Made by a program: the position numbers and the translations under genes. From Vitrella brassicaformis CCMP3155 (taxonomy: Eukaryota > Protista > Chromerida), in contig CDMY01000471.1 of assembly GCA_001179505.1 (NCBI GenBank), positions 6,057-70,056 on the forward strand: a stretch of DNA of 64,000 nt, given 5' to 3'. Under the pieces are notes generated by a model that did no database searches, was not told the origin of the DNA, and was given only the letters and a program-made list of their open reading frames with translations. Shown piece after piece: positions 1 through 12,883 of this stretch; within the stretch, counting starts at the first letter, position 1, and the number at the start of each line of letters is the position of its first letter.

Positions 1-210
1 ATCTGACGTGTAAAGGCCGATATGGCAGGATGGGAAATGACACGAGTCATGTGCCACGCCCATCGTCCCACAGCCGCCCCACATGCGATACGCAGGCAAG
101 CACGACATTGACACTGACACGGCGACGACACGCACCACCCTTTGGTGCCAACCAATAAAACACCACGCCCGACCGATGTGCCGACGTGTCCACCAATGTC
201 ACGGCCTGCC

Positions 211-309
211 CTTCCCACACCTCATGTCGACCCTCGCGACCAGTGGGCAGTGACAACGGATCTGTGTCACCACACAATGATTGCCAGAGTGTTGATGACG
301 TGTGGGAAG
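211..309. ncRNA. Imperfect ~100-nt hairpin (pre-miRNA-like)
   Basis: cttcccacacctcat pairs with atgacgtgtgggaag; gtgaca/tgtcac close a 9-nt loop; several internal mismatches. Confidence 0.3.
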
Positions 310-2083
310 AGACTGGGATGATGTCGGAGCAGCAACCAGTGGCAGGACTGTCAGGTTTTGCACGCCATGGACACAGCCAAGTAGAGTTGAGAGCACTTCA
401 GGTCAAACACCTTGGTCCACGACAATGCGACGGCGGGAGGGAGGGAGGGAGGGAGGCCAGCACTCAGTCAGGCAGCCAGTCAGCCAGTCAGGTAGTCGGC
501 GGTTGATCGGTCAGTCAGTCAGTCACGGTGACTGAGAGACTACACATGTATGCATGCTAGTACACTAGCGGACGTACGGGGAGGCAGGAGGGAGGGAGGG
601 AGGGAGGTAGGGAGACAGCGTGTATGTATACGTCTCGAGCTCACGTATGTGTCCATGCACTCATGGATCGATCGTATTGTACCGTCTGTACCATGATGTA
701 TGTATGTGTCGCATGGTGGATGCTGGCTGATCCAATGCAACAACGACAGGAGACGATTCGAGACGAGACGAGACGAGACGAGACGAAAAACCGCTTTGCC
801 GATTCATTGATTAAGTGAGTCAGTAAGTGGTCGCGTGAGTGAGCCGACACTGTGACAAAGACCTGTGTGCAGCAGGCAGCCAGTGAGCCAGTCAGTCATG
901 ATGCGATATGTATCCACGTGTGGATGCAAGCGACGACGAGATAGAGAGGGAGGGAGGGAGGGAGGGAGAGACAGCCAGGGAGGTAGGCAGGCAGTTAGAC
1001 AGGCCGATCGACGTTCTCTATCTAAGCTCTACGGGTGCCAGCGACGACTCGCACACAGGTAACATGGTTGGAGGGACGAAAGTCACACCCATGCAGTTGG
1101 TTAGTCAGTCATTCATTGTCCATATACTGTACGCGTCGATACATATTATCACACTCACACACACACATGTCAAGTCAAAAGCCAACAGCCACGCACTATG
1201 TTAAGTGAAACCAACCAACATGGGGACAAAAGCCTCATCCGCGTGCACTGACTGTCACGGGCACCACGTGAGCACGGCGGACTACAAACTGACGCAGGAG
1301 GGAAAACGCAGAGAGATAAGGAAACAAATCACTTACCAATCAATCAATCACTTCGCACGTACGTGAAAGTACGATGGACAGACAGAGAGAGAGAGAGATA
1401 GAGAGAGACGTCCATTCATCTGATGCCATGCATGTGATATCTATAGGGACACACCCACCCCCACCCACCCACGCCTCCCAGCCGCCATAGCCTTTCCTCC
1501 AGAAAAAAGAAAACGCGACGACGTGACGACGGGTGTGTGAGCAGACACAGGGGCGCGCACAAAGGAACGAACGGAGGCAGGCAGGCAGAGAAAGTACAAG
1601 TGCGTTTCTGCACAGCCAGGGGTGAACAAAGGCAACGGCACAAACACAGCACAACACAAAGCAGAGATAGGATGACAACACAAGGCCACAATGAACACGA
1701 TGCACGAAACAAACACACCGCACCACAGCACACCTACCATAGCCACACGCGACAGTATCCTATCAGATCACATCGCCAATCCAATCAACCATTCATTCAC
1801 TCAATGAGCAAGGACCAAAAGCAGGAAAAAAGAGACCGCTTTGACCTTCCCTCTCTCCCCCTGTAGACCCCTCGCAGCCTCCCGCTCGCTCACAACAGCC
1901 AGCTAGACGATCCCCCCATAAGGCATGCATAATTAACTAACGTCTGATGTCTGTACTTGCACTAAAATCCAGCCTTCGATCCACACCACACCCAGCTAGA
2001 GAGATAGCTACAAGTAGATGGGCTGACTGATGGATCAACAAACGAGACCGAGCGACCGACCGACACACCACCAACCCCCTCCC

Positions 2084-4584
2084 TCAGTTGAAGAGGTCCT
2101 CGGAGGTCTCCTCGACGATCCTCGACGCCAGCCTGTTGATGGGGATGAGGTACTGCGCCGTGCCCCTCTTGCTGATCCGGCTCTTGACACCACCGCCGAC
2201 ACACGACATGAGGCGACGCAGCTGTGGAGACCCAAGTGGCCTGATGCCAGACATGGTGGTGGTGCGGCTCTGCTTGTTGCGGAACCGGTCGATCTCCTCA
2301 GCGGTAGGTTTGCAAGAGGCCAGCGTCCGTGTGCGGATGTCGCGTCGACCTACGGGCACAACGAGGCGAGGCGACAGCGCATCAAGTGCGACCTCCCCGT
2401 CGTCTGTGCTCGCACTCGTCGTGGCAGTGCTCCGTCGGTGCTTCAGCAGCGACTCACTGACGCCCATCTTGCCCACGGTCGGCGCAGGGGAGGCATCCGA
2501 GGCGCCCTCGAACTCCGACTCGGGCTCCTGCTGCAGGGGGAAGGGCTCCTCGGCGAACGAACCCGGGCTGGGGGTGCCCATATCAACCGGGGAGGCGGCC
2601 TCGGCCTCGTCCTCCTCCACGCCGGCCATCTCCATGTCCATCCAGCCGCCGTCCTCCGTGTCGCTGCCGTTGGAGGACCCCTCATAGCGGCCGAAGACGA
2701 ACTGGACGTCGTCACCCAGCCCCATGAGGCCGCCGAAGCCGGCGATAGGCGTCATGGAGGTGAAGGAGCGAGTGGACTTGAAGGGGAGGGCTGAGGGGGT
2801 GGGCTGTTCGGATATCTGCTCGGCGGGAGGGGGGAGGGAGCTGTAGGTCTCAGAGATGAGCTGGGTCAGCTCCGGGAAGAAATCGGTGGGTCGATCGCGG
2901 CCGTAGCTGAAGTCCAGGTGGCCCCAGTTGGGCACGATGCACACGCGACACCGGTTGCCGAAGTTCATCAGAAGGTAGGCCTCCTCCGCATCTGATGGCA
3001 CACAGACACACAGGAATGGATGGTTGTTTGTCGGTCGGTGTGCGCGCCTCACTGGACTCTCACCAGCATCGAAGAGGTTGTCCTTTCCTGCGAGGTAAGC
3101 GTCGACGGGAACGGAGATGTTGTGCAGGGGGTAGTCGAATGACTTGGTGCTGATGGGGCTGGTCTGGGCCTGGCCCTCGGCGTCCATCGTCACCTCCTCA
3201 GCCACTATCGTACTCGACCGACGCATCAGCTTGATCACGGGCACCCTCTTGTCGCCCACATACCTGACGGATGGATGGACGACACGGGGAGAGCGAGTGA
3301 GACAAGACGTTGGTGTCTGTCTGTCTGTGGTGTGTGTGGAATGGATTGTGTTGGCGTACCTGCCGATGGGTCTCTTTTCCTCGATGAGCTGCCTCCAGTG
3401 GCACATGTTCTTGTGGGCCTGGAAGCCGCCCGCCAGCTGACGATAAAGCATCGCCTGACCCAAGGACGAGCCGCCCAGGGGCGTGAAGTGGAACCCAAGA
3501 ATCTGTAAACAGCCATACAAGTGACACACACACAGCATGATCAACATGTTTCCCTCCCCCTGTGTGGTGTGTCGGGTCGGTCGGTCGCTGCTGCTTACGT
3601 AAGTGATCCACGGTCCGAAGAGCCTTCTGAGTAGGTGTGGCGCGCAGAACTGGAGCACATGGATGACTTTCTGGAAGGTGTAGGCCGTGTAGGTGGACCA
3701 GCAGATGAAGGCGAGGGCGAGGCGGGCCACCTGGTTGACGCGCTCGGGGGTGCGGAAGACGATGCCGGGCGCCAAGAGCACCAGACGATTGACCTTCAGA
3801 TTCAGATACGGGTTCAGCGAGAGAGCACCCAACACCTGAGTACCGCCCTGTTGTAGACAGACAGACAGACGGGACGACAATCCACACACACATGGATGGG
3901 ATGTGATGCCTTCCTGCTGGTGTCGGTTCGGTCGTGCGCGCATACCTGAGACTGGCCGAGCACAGTGAGTGATTCCTCCCCGGTGAAGGCCAGGACGTAC
4001 TCAATCATCTCGGGGAAGTCATAGTGCGCCATGTGCTCAAAACTCCAGCCGTCCTTGTCGTCACCCGTGCAGTCGCTCATGTCGGCGAACGGCGTCCCGC
4101 GGTTGTTGCCCAGCCACACGTCGAAGCCAGCGGCCACCAGCTGACCCGCCAGGCTGTCCTTGCCGCCGTTGAAGACCCAGGCGAACGAGGTCTCGGTGAT
4201 GCCCGACTGGAGGAACACCACGCCGGCGGGCTTCTCGTCTTCCCTGGTGTTGCTCTTGTTCTTGCTGCTCTTGACGATGCGGTGCATGGTGATCCTGACG
4301 TTGTCGCTGGTGCGGACGCTGTGTCGCTCCGCGGCCAGGTGGTCGCCGCACTCCATGTTGATGTACTCGACCACATCGTCGGTCTGGTTGAGGGGCAGGA
4401 AGGACCGGTGCCGCTTCCTCTGGCTCGTGTACGCCCAGACGTACCCCACAGCCAGGTACAGGAGCCGCATCAGGAAGATCCACACGGCGATGGCGACCTC
4501 GAGGGGGAGGAGGAAGGTCCGGAGGACGGACAGCAGCCGGACGGGGGGGGCGAAGAGCCGGGACACGTCCCGCTCAATCAACAT
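2084..4584 (-). CDS. Membrane-anchored alpha/beta-hydrolase lipase (acid lipase / Tgl1-Yeh sterol esterase-like), multi-exon
   Basis: N-terminal hydrophobic segment, then RTSDNVRITMHRI, VFLQSGI and GFDVWLGNNRG. The nucleophile elbow GQSQ|GG is split by an intron; GKDNL (Asp) and WGHLDF (His) complete the triad. Long low-complexity C-terminal tail; TGA at 2086-2084. Confidence 0.9.
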
Positions 4585-4803
4585 GACGAAAAAGGAGCCA
4601 AAAGGACACTCGAGGGGGGAGGGGTGGGAACTGTGAGGGAGGGAGCGAGGGAGGCGGGATCTCAGGGGGGGGAGGCGCGCTCCGGGATAGACAGACCTCA
4701 CGGAAAGGACGGACGACTCGCTGAAAACCGCCTCACAAAGCGCAAACAAGCAGCAAAGATTCGAAGATCCTCCTTTTCAAGCTCGCTGTCTTGCGAGCTA
4801 ATC

Positions 4804-4826
4804 AAACCCTAACCCTAACTAAACCC
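4804..4826 (+). promoter_or_regulatory. Telo-box-like interstitial telomere motif (AAACCCTAACCCTAACTAAACCC) in a divergent promoter
   Basis: Sequence read directly, 71 bp upstream of the SNAPC1 ATG; function is inferred. Confidence 0.4.
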
Positions 4827-4897
4827 GCTTCTCTCCCTCGATTAAACCTCTCCGCTCCACGCCTTTCCTCAGCGTTAGTGAGAGCGATAGAGAGGAT

Positions 4898-5347
4898 ATG
4901 GTGCAGAAGAAGGCGCAGAAGGAGCAGACCTATTCCACGGCCAAGGTCAAGCGCGTCGGGAGCTACTTCAAGGGCTTCTACTTCCCCCTGGTTCTCCAGA
5001 ACCGCTGCAAGCACTACCTGGCTGACCTGCAGACACTGATCAGGGAGTTCAAGGCGGATTACGAGGCATCCGACAAGGTGCGTGAGTAAACACAGGCAGA
5101 GGGACTGACTCATTGGCTGCTGGCATGTGTGTGGTTTGTGTGGTTGTGTGGCTGCAGAAGCATCCTGGGAGTTTTCCGCTGTTCCGGGATGTGTTTCGAC
5201 GGCTCCATTTCTCGGAGATCCACCGGACGGCTGAGGGGGAAGACCATGCACTCGCCTTTCAGCTGCTCACTGGCGTGTGCCTGGGTGAGTGAGTATGCAG
5301 ATATATCACATCAAAGCGGCCAGCCACAGACGCCGTGACGGGTGTTG

Positions 5348-5379
<32 letters not shown>

Positions 5380-7705
5380 TGTTGGGCTGGCCACAGAGCT
5401 GATGCGTTCGTCAGAGGAGGTTGTGCACCAAGTGGGGTGTCTGTACGGCCTGTATCTGCTGTATGAGACCCAGTTCCACATGCCGCCCAACCTCAACATG
5501 GGCGGCTCGGGCATCATTCGGCAGCCAATACCCGTCAATCTACGTAACACACACACACACACACACGACACGACAGAGAGAGCAGGGGCGAATTTGCGCG
5601 AGCATTCCCTGCCTGTCTGTGTGTGTGTGTCTGTCATCAGAGACTCTCGAGCTGCTCGAGTCGTTGATGAAGCGATGCGAGTCGAACGGTGAGGAGAGCT
5701 TCCCCGAGTGTGCGGCGATAGTGCAGCGGCTGCTGTCTGGTGAGGCCCTCACCCTGGGCTGCCGCGAGGGGCCGCTCTTCATGTTTCAGGACAGACAGGG
5801 GAAACCTCTCATCGCACAAACAGAGGCCAGGAGGTGGGTAAGGTGGGAGGGGCGAGGGAGGATCTGCCTGACTGTGTGACACACTGTGTCGTGTGTGCGC
5901 GTGTCTGGGGTGTGTGCCAGCTTCCTGAAGACACAGGGCTTCCAGACGAAGAGGGCCGATCTGGTAACAACAGACAGACAGGCAGCAGACGCTGCAGACC
6001 GACCGTTATGCTCTGTCTCTCTCTTTTCGTCGTATCTTGATGTATGGCTTCCATCCTGCTTCTGTCTGTCTGTCTGTCTGTCTGTGTGTGTGTGTGTGGA
6101 CGCAGGCTGGCCTCGTGCGTGGCACCACCGCCTTGATAGACCTGGCAGGGCGGTATGTGGCCCTCAGAGACCAAGAACGTAAGCTAAGCCCACTGCACCA
6201 AAGTGGAGGGACATCGATTCTCAGATTGTGGGCGTCATGTGTGGTGTATATCGCGTCGCAAAAGGCGGGCCGAATGCGAAGCCCCGTTGGAGCAAGAGCC
6301 GAGGTGACCTTCCCGACAACCTCCAGGCCATGCGCACAAACATTGAGGTCAGCAGACCAACCAGCCAGTCAGTCAGTCAGACCACACACACACTCACACA
6401 CACACAGCAGACACCGAGCAACGCGCACCATCCCTTTCCCCCTGTTTGCAGAAGACGCAGGCGACTTTTCCCGAGGCGATGCCAGCAGACATGCCCCTCG
6501 ACTCCCCAATTGGCTCGCCAAGACCCAAACCAAAGTCAAAGACCGCACCGACAGCACGGAAGCGAAAACGCCAAGAGGAGCCTTCACAGCCACCACAGCC
6601 GCCGGCGATTGAGGAAGGCCCACCAGAGGCTGCTGCGGCTGTTGATGAGGGTAGGGAGCCTGATGCCCTGGATCAGCTGATGGAGGACCATTTCGCCCCG
6701 AAGGGGAAGAAGCGGGCGTCTCGCCAGGTGAGGAGGGAGCCGAAGCCCAAAGCAAAGAGGAAGAGCTGCGCCAAGGCCAAGCCGTCAGCAGCAACAGCAG
6801 CAGCAGCAGGAGCGGTTGTGAGTGACGATGGTGTGATGCACCCTGATGAGAACGCGGACCTGATCGACATGGTAACAGCGCAACACAGCACGACTCGACT
6901 CGTATATTCTCCCTATGTCTGTGTATCTTTCTCTCCCCACCACACATCACACCTGTATGTCTGTGTGCAGCTGGAGCGCAGCCTTGAGGCGGCGCCACCC
7001 GAGCAGCAAGAAGACCTGCCTGCTATTCCAGCTCCACCCTCACCCCTCGCGGCCCCTCCCTCACCGCCCCCCTCCCCACCCGAGCCCAAAGCCAAGGCCA
7101 AGCCAAAGGCGAAGCGGCAGCCGAAAGCCAAGGCGGCCAAAGAAAAGCCGGCGGCCAAGCGGGCGTCAAGAGCCAAGGCCAAGACACCCGCAAAGGCCAA
7201 GGCTGCGGGGGGGGCGGCGGAGTCTGAGATTGAACATGAGATTGAGCATGAAGAGGACGATTCAACGAGAGTCAAGAAGGCGGTGGGGAAACGGGCAGCT
7301 GCCAAAGGAGCGGCGAGAGGCAGAGGGAGGGGCCGGGGAGCGAGGCCCAAGGGCGGGCAGAGGCTGACGGGCACCATTGCAAACCCAGCCAGGAGAAAAC
7401 GCGACCTGGTTAGTCACCACAGCACAGCACACGCACGTCGCTCATGTCATTGCCCATCTTCGTGTGTGCAGGGCCCCGAGGCTTCAGAGGAGGTATATGA
7501 GCCAGAGGAGCTGTCTGCTGGGTTGCTGGACAGCATGATTGCCGGCCAGGCTGAGGCCCCCCATCTGCAGCAGCAGCAGCAGCAGCAGCGGGTGCCGCAA
7601 GCTGCAGAGCCGTTAGACCGAGATGAGGAGTTGCTGCGTGAGCTGCAGGAGCTGGGGGCCGAGAGAGGGATGGAAGCTGACGAGGAGGACGAGGAGGAAG
7701 ATTAG
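4898..7705 (+). CDS. SNAPC1: snRNA-activating protein complex subunit 1 (SNAP43 domain) with long basic K/A/P-rich tail, multi-exon
   Basis: Spliced translation DLQTLIREF..SFPLFRDVFRRLHFSEIH..HQVGCLYGLYLLYETQ..PIPVNLETLELL..ECAAIVQRLL is colinear with human SNAPC1 as I recall it (DCEALLSRF..RFEDFTELWRNMKF..RVGALYLLYGLYNTQ..KIRVALKDW..DAAYIFRKL). Exons join in frame to ORF 6446..7705. Confidence 0.8.
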
Positions 7706-8407
7706 TGGACGAATGGATGGATGAGGGCCCTTGAACGAAACGAGATGTGTTGTTTTGAGTCTGAGTGAGAGTGTGAGTGTGTCTTCTGAGCGGACGGGTG
7801 GGTGAGGTGAGGCGAGTGGATTGAAACGAAGAAACCTCAATCAGTGAACCATGATGTCTGTTCATGTCACTCACTGTAGTCACGTCGTCACTCCGCCACC
7901 AACCGATGGATGATACACATACGCTCACTTGTCCTAGACAGACAGACTGAGCCTAGCAGAGCATAGCCTAGCCAGAAAGGCCAAAGGCGGTTGTTCGTTC
8001 GTTCGTTCGTTCGTTGGTTCTACAAATACAGCGTGAGAAGCCCTCTCTCCCTCTCTGTTGCTCGCTCACTCGCTCGCTCACTCCCAAGACACTCTCGCAG
8101 CCCCCGTAAGTACCATCAGCCCTTTACTGCTATAACCCCCCAGCACCCCACGCTCAGTGCGCCAGGCAGACAGACAGGCAGGTGCTGGCGGCTGGCTCTC
8201 CACTATCTGCAGAGCCGAGCGGTCAACAAAACCTGCCGGAGTCTGGCTGTCTGGCTCTCATTCTCGTACACACAGCACACCCACACGTACACACACACGT
8301 ACTTGTACGAGTAGAGAGAGAGAGATGGAGCAAGGGATACTGACAGATAGATAAGAGATCGATGTTGCTATAAAACCGTGTAGAGCATCGGGGGGGGGGG
8401 GGGGCCG

Positions 8408-8707
8408 NNNNNNNNNNNNNNNNNNNNNNNNNNNNNNNNNNNNNNNNNNNNNNNNNNNNNNNNNNNNNNNNNNNNNNNNNNNNNNNNNNNNNNNNNNNNN
8501 NNNNNNNNNNNNNNNNNNNNNNNNNNNNNNNNNNNNNNNNNNNNNNNNNNNNNNNNNNNNNNNNNNNNNNNNNNNNNNNNNNNNNNNNNNNNNNNNNNNN
8601 NNNNNNNNNNNNNNNNNNNNNNNNNNNNNNNNNNNNNNNNNNNNNNNNNNNNNNNNNNNNNNNNNNNNNNNNNNNNNNNNNNNNNNNNNNNNNNNNNNNN
8701 NNNNNNN
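8408..8707. other. Assembly gap (300 N) flanked by poly-G tracts
   Basis: N run, with a G-run followed by CCG on both sides. Confidence 0.99.
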
Positions 8708-8752
8708 GGGGGGGGGGGGGGGCCGGGTGTTGTCACACGTGTCAGTCACATT

Positions 8753-11700
8753 TCACATGTTTTTTTGCATGACTTTGCCGGTGGACCTGATCTGCCTCGG
8801 CGACCCCAGGCCGTGGAAGGACAGGCTGCACAGACCCCCCTGCACACGGAACTGCACCACAGACAGGAACCTCAGTTGCAATGGCGAGTGTCGGTGGTTC
8901 TGCACGTCGGCACCCGTACCTGTGAGGTCTGTCCCCTTTTGAATGTCACAAACCCGTCGAGTCTCAGTGCCCCCTGCCCGAAGTCCTGCACAGGCGGCCC
9001 TCTCGGCGCGCCTATCGAACGACCCAACTCAATCTTACGCAACGGGCCACGCACCCTGCACACACACCACACCACACACACTCACACGACTCTCCGCCCG
9101 TCACGTCCCTCTCCCTCACCCGGTATAGCTATCATACCTCAGTGCCAGTTCGGTGCTGCCCCTTCTGTCAAAGCTGCCAACGCTGCCCGATGAGGCCGAT
9201 GAGCCTGGGGGAGGGGAGGGGAAGTTGGCACCCACCCCTACAGCAGCCGCTCCTGCTGCAGCTGGGGGTGCCACTGGCGCGTCGGTCGGCGCGTGCAGTG
9301 GCGATGCGGGTGTGTTGGTGTTGGTGTTGTTGTTGTTGGCTGCCGCGGCGAGGTGTGTGGTGGAGAGCGGCTGTAGGAAGAGCCTGTAGCCGGGCATGGT
9401 GTAGGCCACGAGATAGTGCGCGTTGAACTTGTCGAACGCCCAGTGGCTGTGCTGGTCGGCCACCACCACACGGCACTCCTGAAACAAACAAAACACGTGT
9501 GTGTGTGTGTGTGTGTGCGTGTGACCCCGACGCACCTTCATTTCCAGCTCTCTGTTGGCGAAGTCGTCTTGAAGCGTCGCGTTCTGGTAGAATGCCCAAG
9601 CGTCCTTCTGTCAGCCAACCCAGCACACAAATGCGTCCACACGTGTGCCAACGGCCTGTCTGTCTGTCTGTCTGTCTCACGGACTGACTGAGTCACCGGT
9701 GGCTTGGCCTTGAGGTTCCCCGGCTTGAAGAGCCCGTCTCGGTTGTTGATGATCATCTCCTGTATGCTGACGTTGAAGTGCGCCTTCCCCTTGTGGTGCG
9801 CAAACACAATCGTCGCTATGCGCGGCTCAAGCGGACGCACCTCACCGTCACCGCTCACACGCACCACCAAGGTCTCCAGGTCAACGAGCTCCTCGTCTGT
9901 CACGCCGTTTGCGTCGTGTCGATATTCCTCCTCCCACAGGGCCGCGTCGTCTTGCTGCTGCTGCTGCTGCTGCTGGTCGTCGAAGACTGCTGCTGCGGCG
10001 GTGTCCTCGGCGTCGCTGTCGAAGTCGTCGGCGTAGCGGCAGGCAATCGACAGGGGGACCTTCTCCTGAACGAAAGAATCGAAAGCGCGGGTGACGAGTG
10101 TGAGCTTGTGTGTGTCTGTCTATATGGTACCTTTCTCCTCTCAATGGAGATTGAAAAGGCGAAGTTGTCTAGGGGTGTGGAGGCCCCCGGCACCACCTGC
10201 AGCTCAACCTGACAAGACACTCAGACACACGACAGCCATTGCTCCGGTCTGTCTCTCCCCTCTCCCGGGCACTTACCTCATCGGGTCTGTTTGCGTCGCG
10301 CCTGACGAGCATGACGTCGCCGTCCTCGAGGTCGCTGTCAAACGATACACGGCAGTACGGACGCCGAGAGGCACCACCATCTGACGTACGTGACACACAC
10401 CGACAGACAGATAGGTGGGTCGATGGGGGCATGGGTAGGTGACCGCACTCGACTGACCTCCGCCAACGTTAGTGTCGCTCAGGCTGGACGAGAGGTGGTG
10501 TGCGTCGGGGCCGGCAAGGAAGCGAGCGCACGGGGAGAACTTGCGGAACAGATCCGTCAGCGAGTTCACCTGACACACAAACGGAGGGAGGCCCAACAAA
10601 CAACCAAACAAACACATACATACACCACACGGAACCACACAGAGAGAATCCCTCTCTCTCTCTCTCTCTCTCGGCTGCCTGCCTGCCCACCTCTGCATCC
10701 TCGATGGGCAGCTCCACACCCTTCCTCGCGCCAGCCCCCATCCCATCAAGCGCCCCCACACCAGCCAGTGCACCCACTACCCGCTGCACCGGCGGCTTGC
10801 CGCCGCCGCCACCGCCGCCCGTTCCCCTCCACCCAGTCCGCTTGAACGAGTCCAGGATCAAGTTGGCCTTGGCCACGGCATCCTCACACGGGATGCAGTT
10901 TGGCGGCATCTGTGCCATCGGCTGCTGGAGGGGCTGGGGCGGTGGGGGTGGGGCGAAGGATGGATGCGAAGCGCCCAGTGTGCGCATGGCAAACTGCGTG
11001 AGACCTGGGTACGACGACGTGGCTGCCGATGGTGATGGTGGTGGTGGTGGTGCTGGTGGTGGTTGCCTGCTCTCGGGCGGCTCTTGCCGCTGTTGTGACG
11101 GAACCCGTCGCTCCTCACTCATCCTGGGAGGGGTCTCCGTCTTGAGCGGCCCGATCATGCGGTCGACAAGGGACTCGTTCATCTCGTCGGTGGTGGCCCG
11201 GTCGACATCCACCGACTGCTCACGCATGTAGTCGTCCGCCGTCACGGTGCCGTTGGTCTGCGCATAGGGGATCGGCAGAGGTGGCGGATGATGTACTTGA
11301 GAGAAGGGCTGCGGCGCCATGGCAGGGGGAGGAGGCCCACCGAATGAGATGGGAGGGCCATTGGGCGGTGACGGCAGCCTGCCGCGGGGGTGGGCCTGAG
11401 GGTGTGGCTGCACCTGCATCTGCATCTGCATCGGCCAGTGGTCGTTGGTTGCAGGTGGGCCTGGTGGCCTGGCCGGCTGGCCATGGTTGTACTGGGGTGG
11501 CGGGAGGGGGTACGGGGGAGCCACGAAGTGGTTGGGGGGCTGGGGGAAGGGGGACGGCTGAAGAAAGGAAGACAACAAACAAGAGAAAAGAGGCAGATGC
11601 ATCCAAATGCAGCGGGTGTCATGTCATGACCAGGTGCTCAGCCGCCTCGCCTCACCTGTCCGAACATGGCTCTGGGGTTCGGGGGGTGCCGCGCAAGACC

Positions 11701-12597
11701 CATCTGCTGCAGCTCTGCAGTAGGCAAGGCAGCAACGATGGGCAGAACACGCACATGAGAGAACGCACCCCAGGCCAGCAGCGCCTGTTGTGTCTGTGCC
11801 CCCCCGGGTCTTACGGTGTTCTGCGGCCTCGACGTACATCTCCTCGCGCTCAATGCGATCTGTCATGACAGACACCAGAGTGACAGCGTGTTGTCTGCCT
11901 GCCTGCCTGCCCGAGTGCCGTGATCCACGCGCCACTCACCTGTTTCGTGGCGGTTCTTTCGCACGCTCACGTGGAGGTCGGGATGGTGCTTCTGAATGTG
12001 GTCGCTGTAGTTGCTGACAGAACCAACAGCCACACACACACACACACGCACACACACACAGAGAGAGAGAACGAGTGAATGAGTGGATCTCCCTCCTTTG
12101 TCCGTCTGCCTCCCTCAATGATTCACACCTCCGCACTACAGACCTGTATGAGATGGCCTTTGGTGGGCTGCAGTGTGTGCAGACCTGCCACCACTCGCCC
12201 GAGGCCTTTTTGGAGTCGACGAGGCACTTGGGGTGCATGCGGCACTGGCTGTGTGGGTGCATCTGGCCGGTCGCCTCGTCCAGGGCGAACAGCACACAAC
12301 CCTCATCCCCCGTCTGGCACAGCAAACACTGACGCGGGTCATGCACCCTAAACACACACACACAACAAACACACACACATACACACACGCACGCACAGCA
12401 GCACATTCAACTCAGAGTCTGAGTCACTTCGCCTGTCCTCTCTCCTATGTGCGGGCGGACCTGAGCAGTTTTCTGTTGTCGAAGGTTTTGCCGACAGCCT
12501 CCTCGGCCTTCATGTAGAGCCCATCTTGCAGCTTGCCCCACCAGACGCCGTCATAGAGCGTCGGCGGCTTCTGCTTGGGCTTCCGTGGGTGCGACAT
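8753..12597 (-). CDS. Multi-exon protein with N-terminal PHD/RING-like plus C2H2-like Zn fingers, Pro/Gln-rich middle and unknown C-terminal domain
   Basis: Exons join in frame from MSHPRKPK through CLLC..HPHSQCRMHPKC..WWQVCTHCSPPKAISY|SNYSDHIQKHHP and the Pro-rich ORF 10469..11602 to QKNM* (TGA 8755-8753). Confidence 0.7.
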
Positions 12598-12883
12598 TCG
12601 GTCGGCCGGGCGCAGGTCAGACGGCGATGGATGGTGGGATGCACCAGACGGCCTCTCGCTTTTTTTGTGGGAGGAATTTCCCCGGATGCAGGGTTCGGGT
12701 TGCTGGGTTTCTTCTGACCAGCTCGCAAACCTGGCCTCGGCCAGGAGATCTCTCCTAGCATCCCCTCCTCTCACCAAAAGACCATGGGCAGGTGAGGAAG
12801 GGTGACAGAAGGGGAAGTGCCTGTGTTGGCGGCAAAGGTCTGCAGTCTGCGGCGAGAGGAGGGAGGGACCGGAAGAATTAAGG

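Noticed and set aside
4804-4826. Telomerase RNA template
   Set aside because: It sits in a 313-bp spacer between two protein genes, with no room or evident structure for a telomerase RNA.
11700-11810. Cys-rich CVLSCACSAHRCCLAYC as a second RING finger
   Set aside because: It falls inside a GTAAG..CTGCAG intron in the in-frame splice model.
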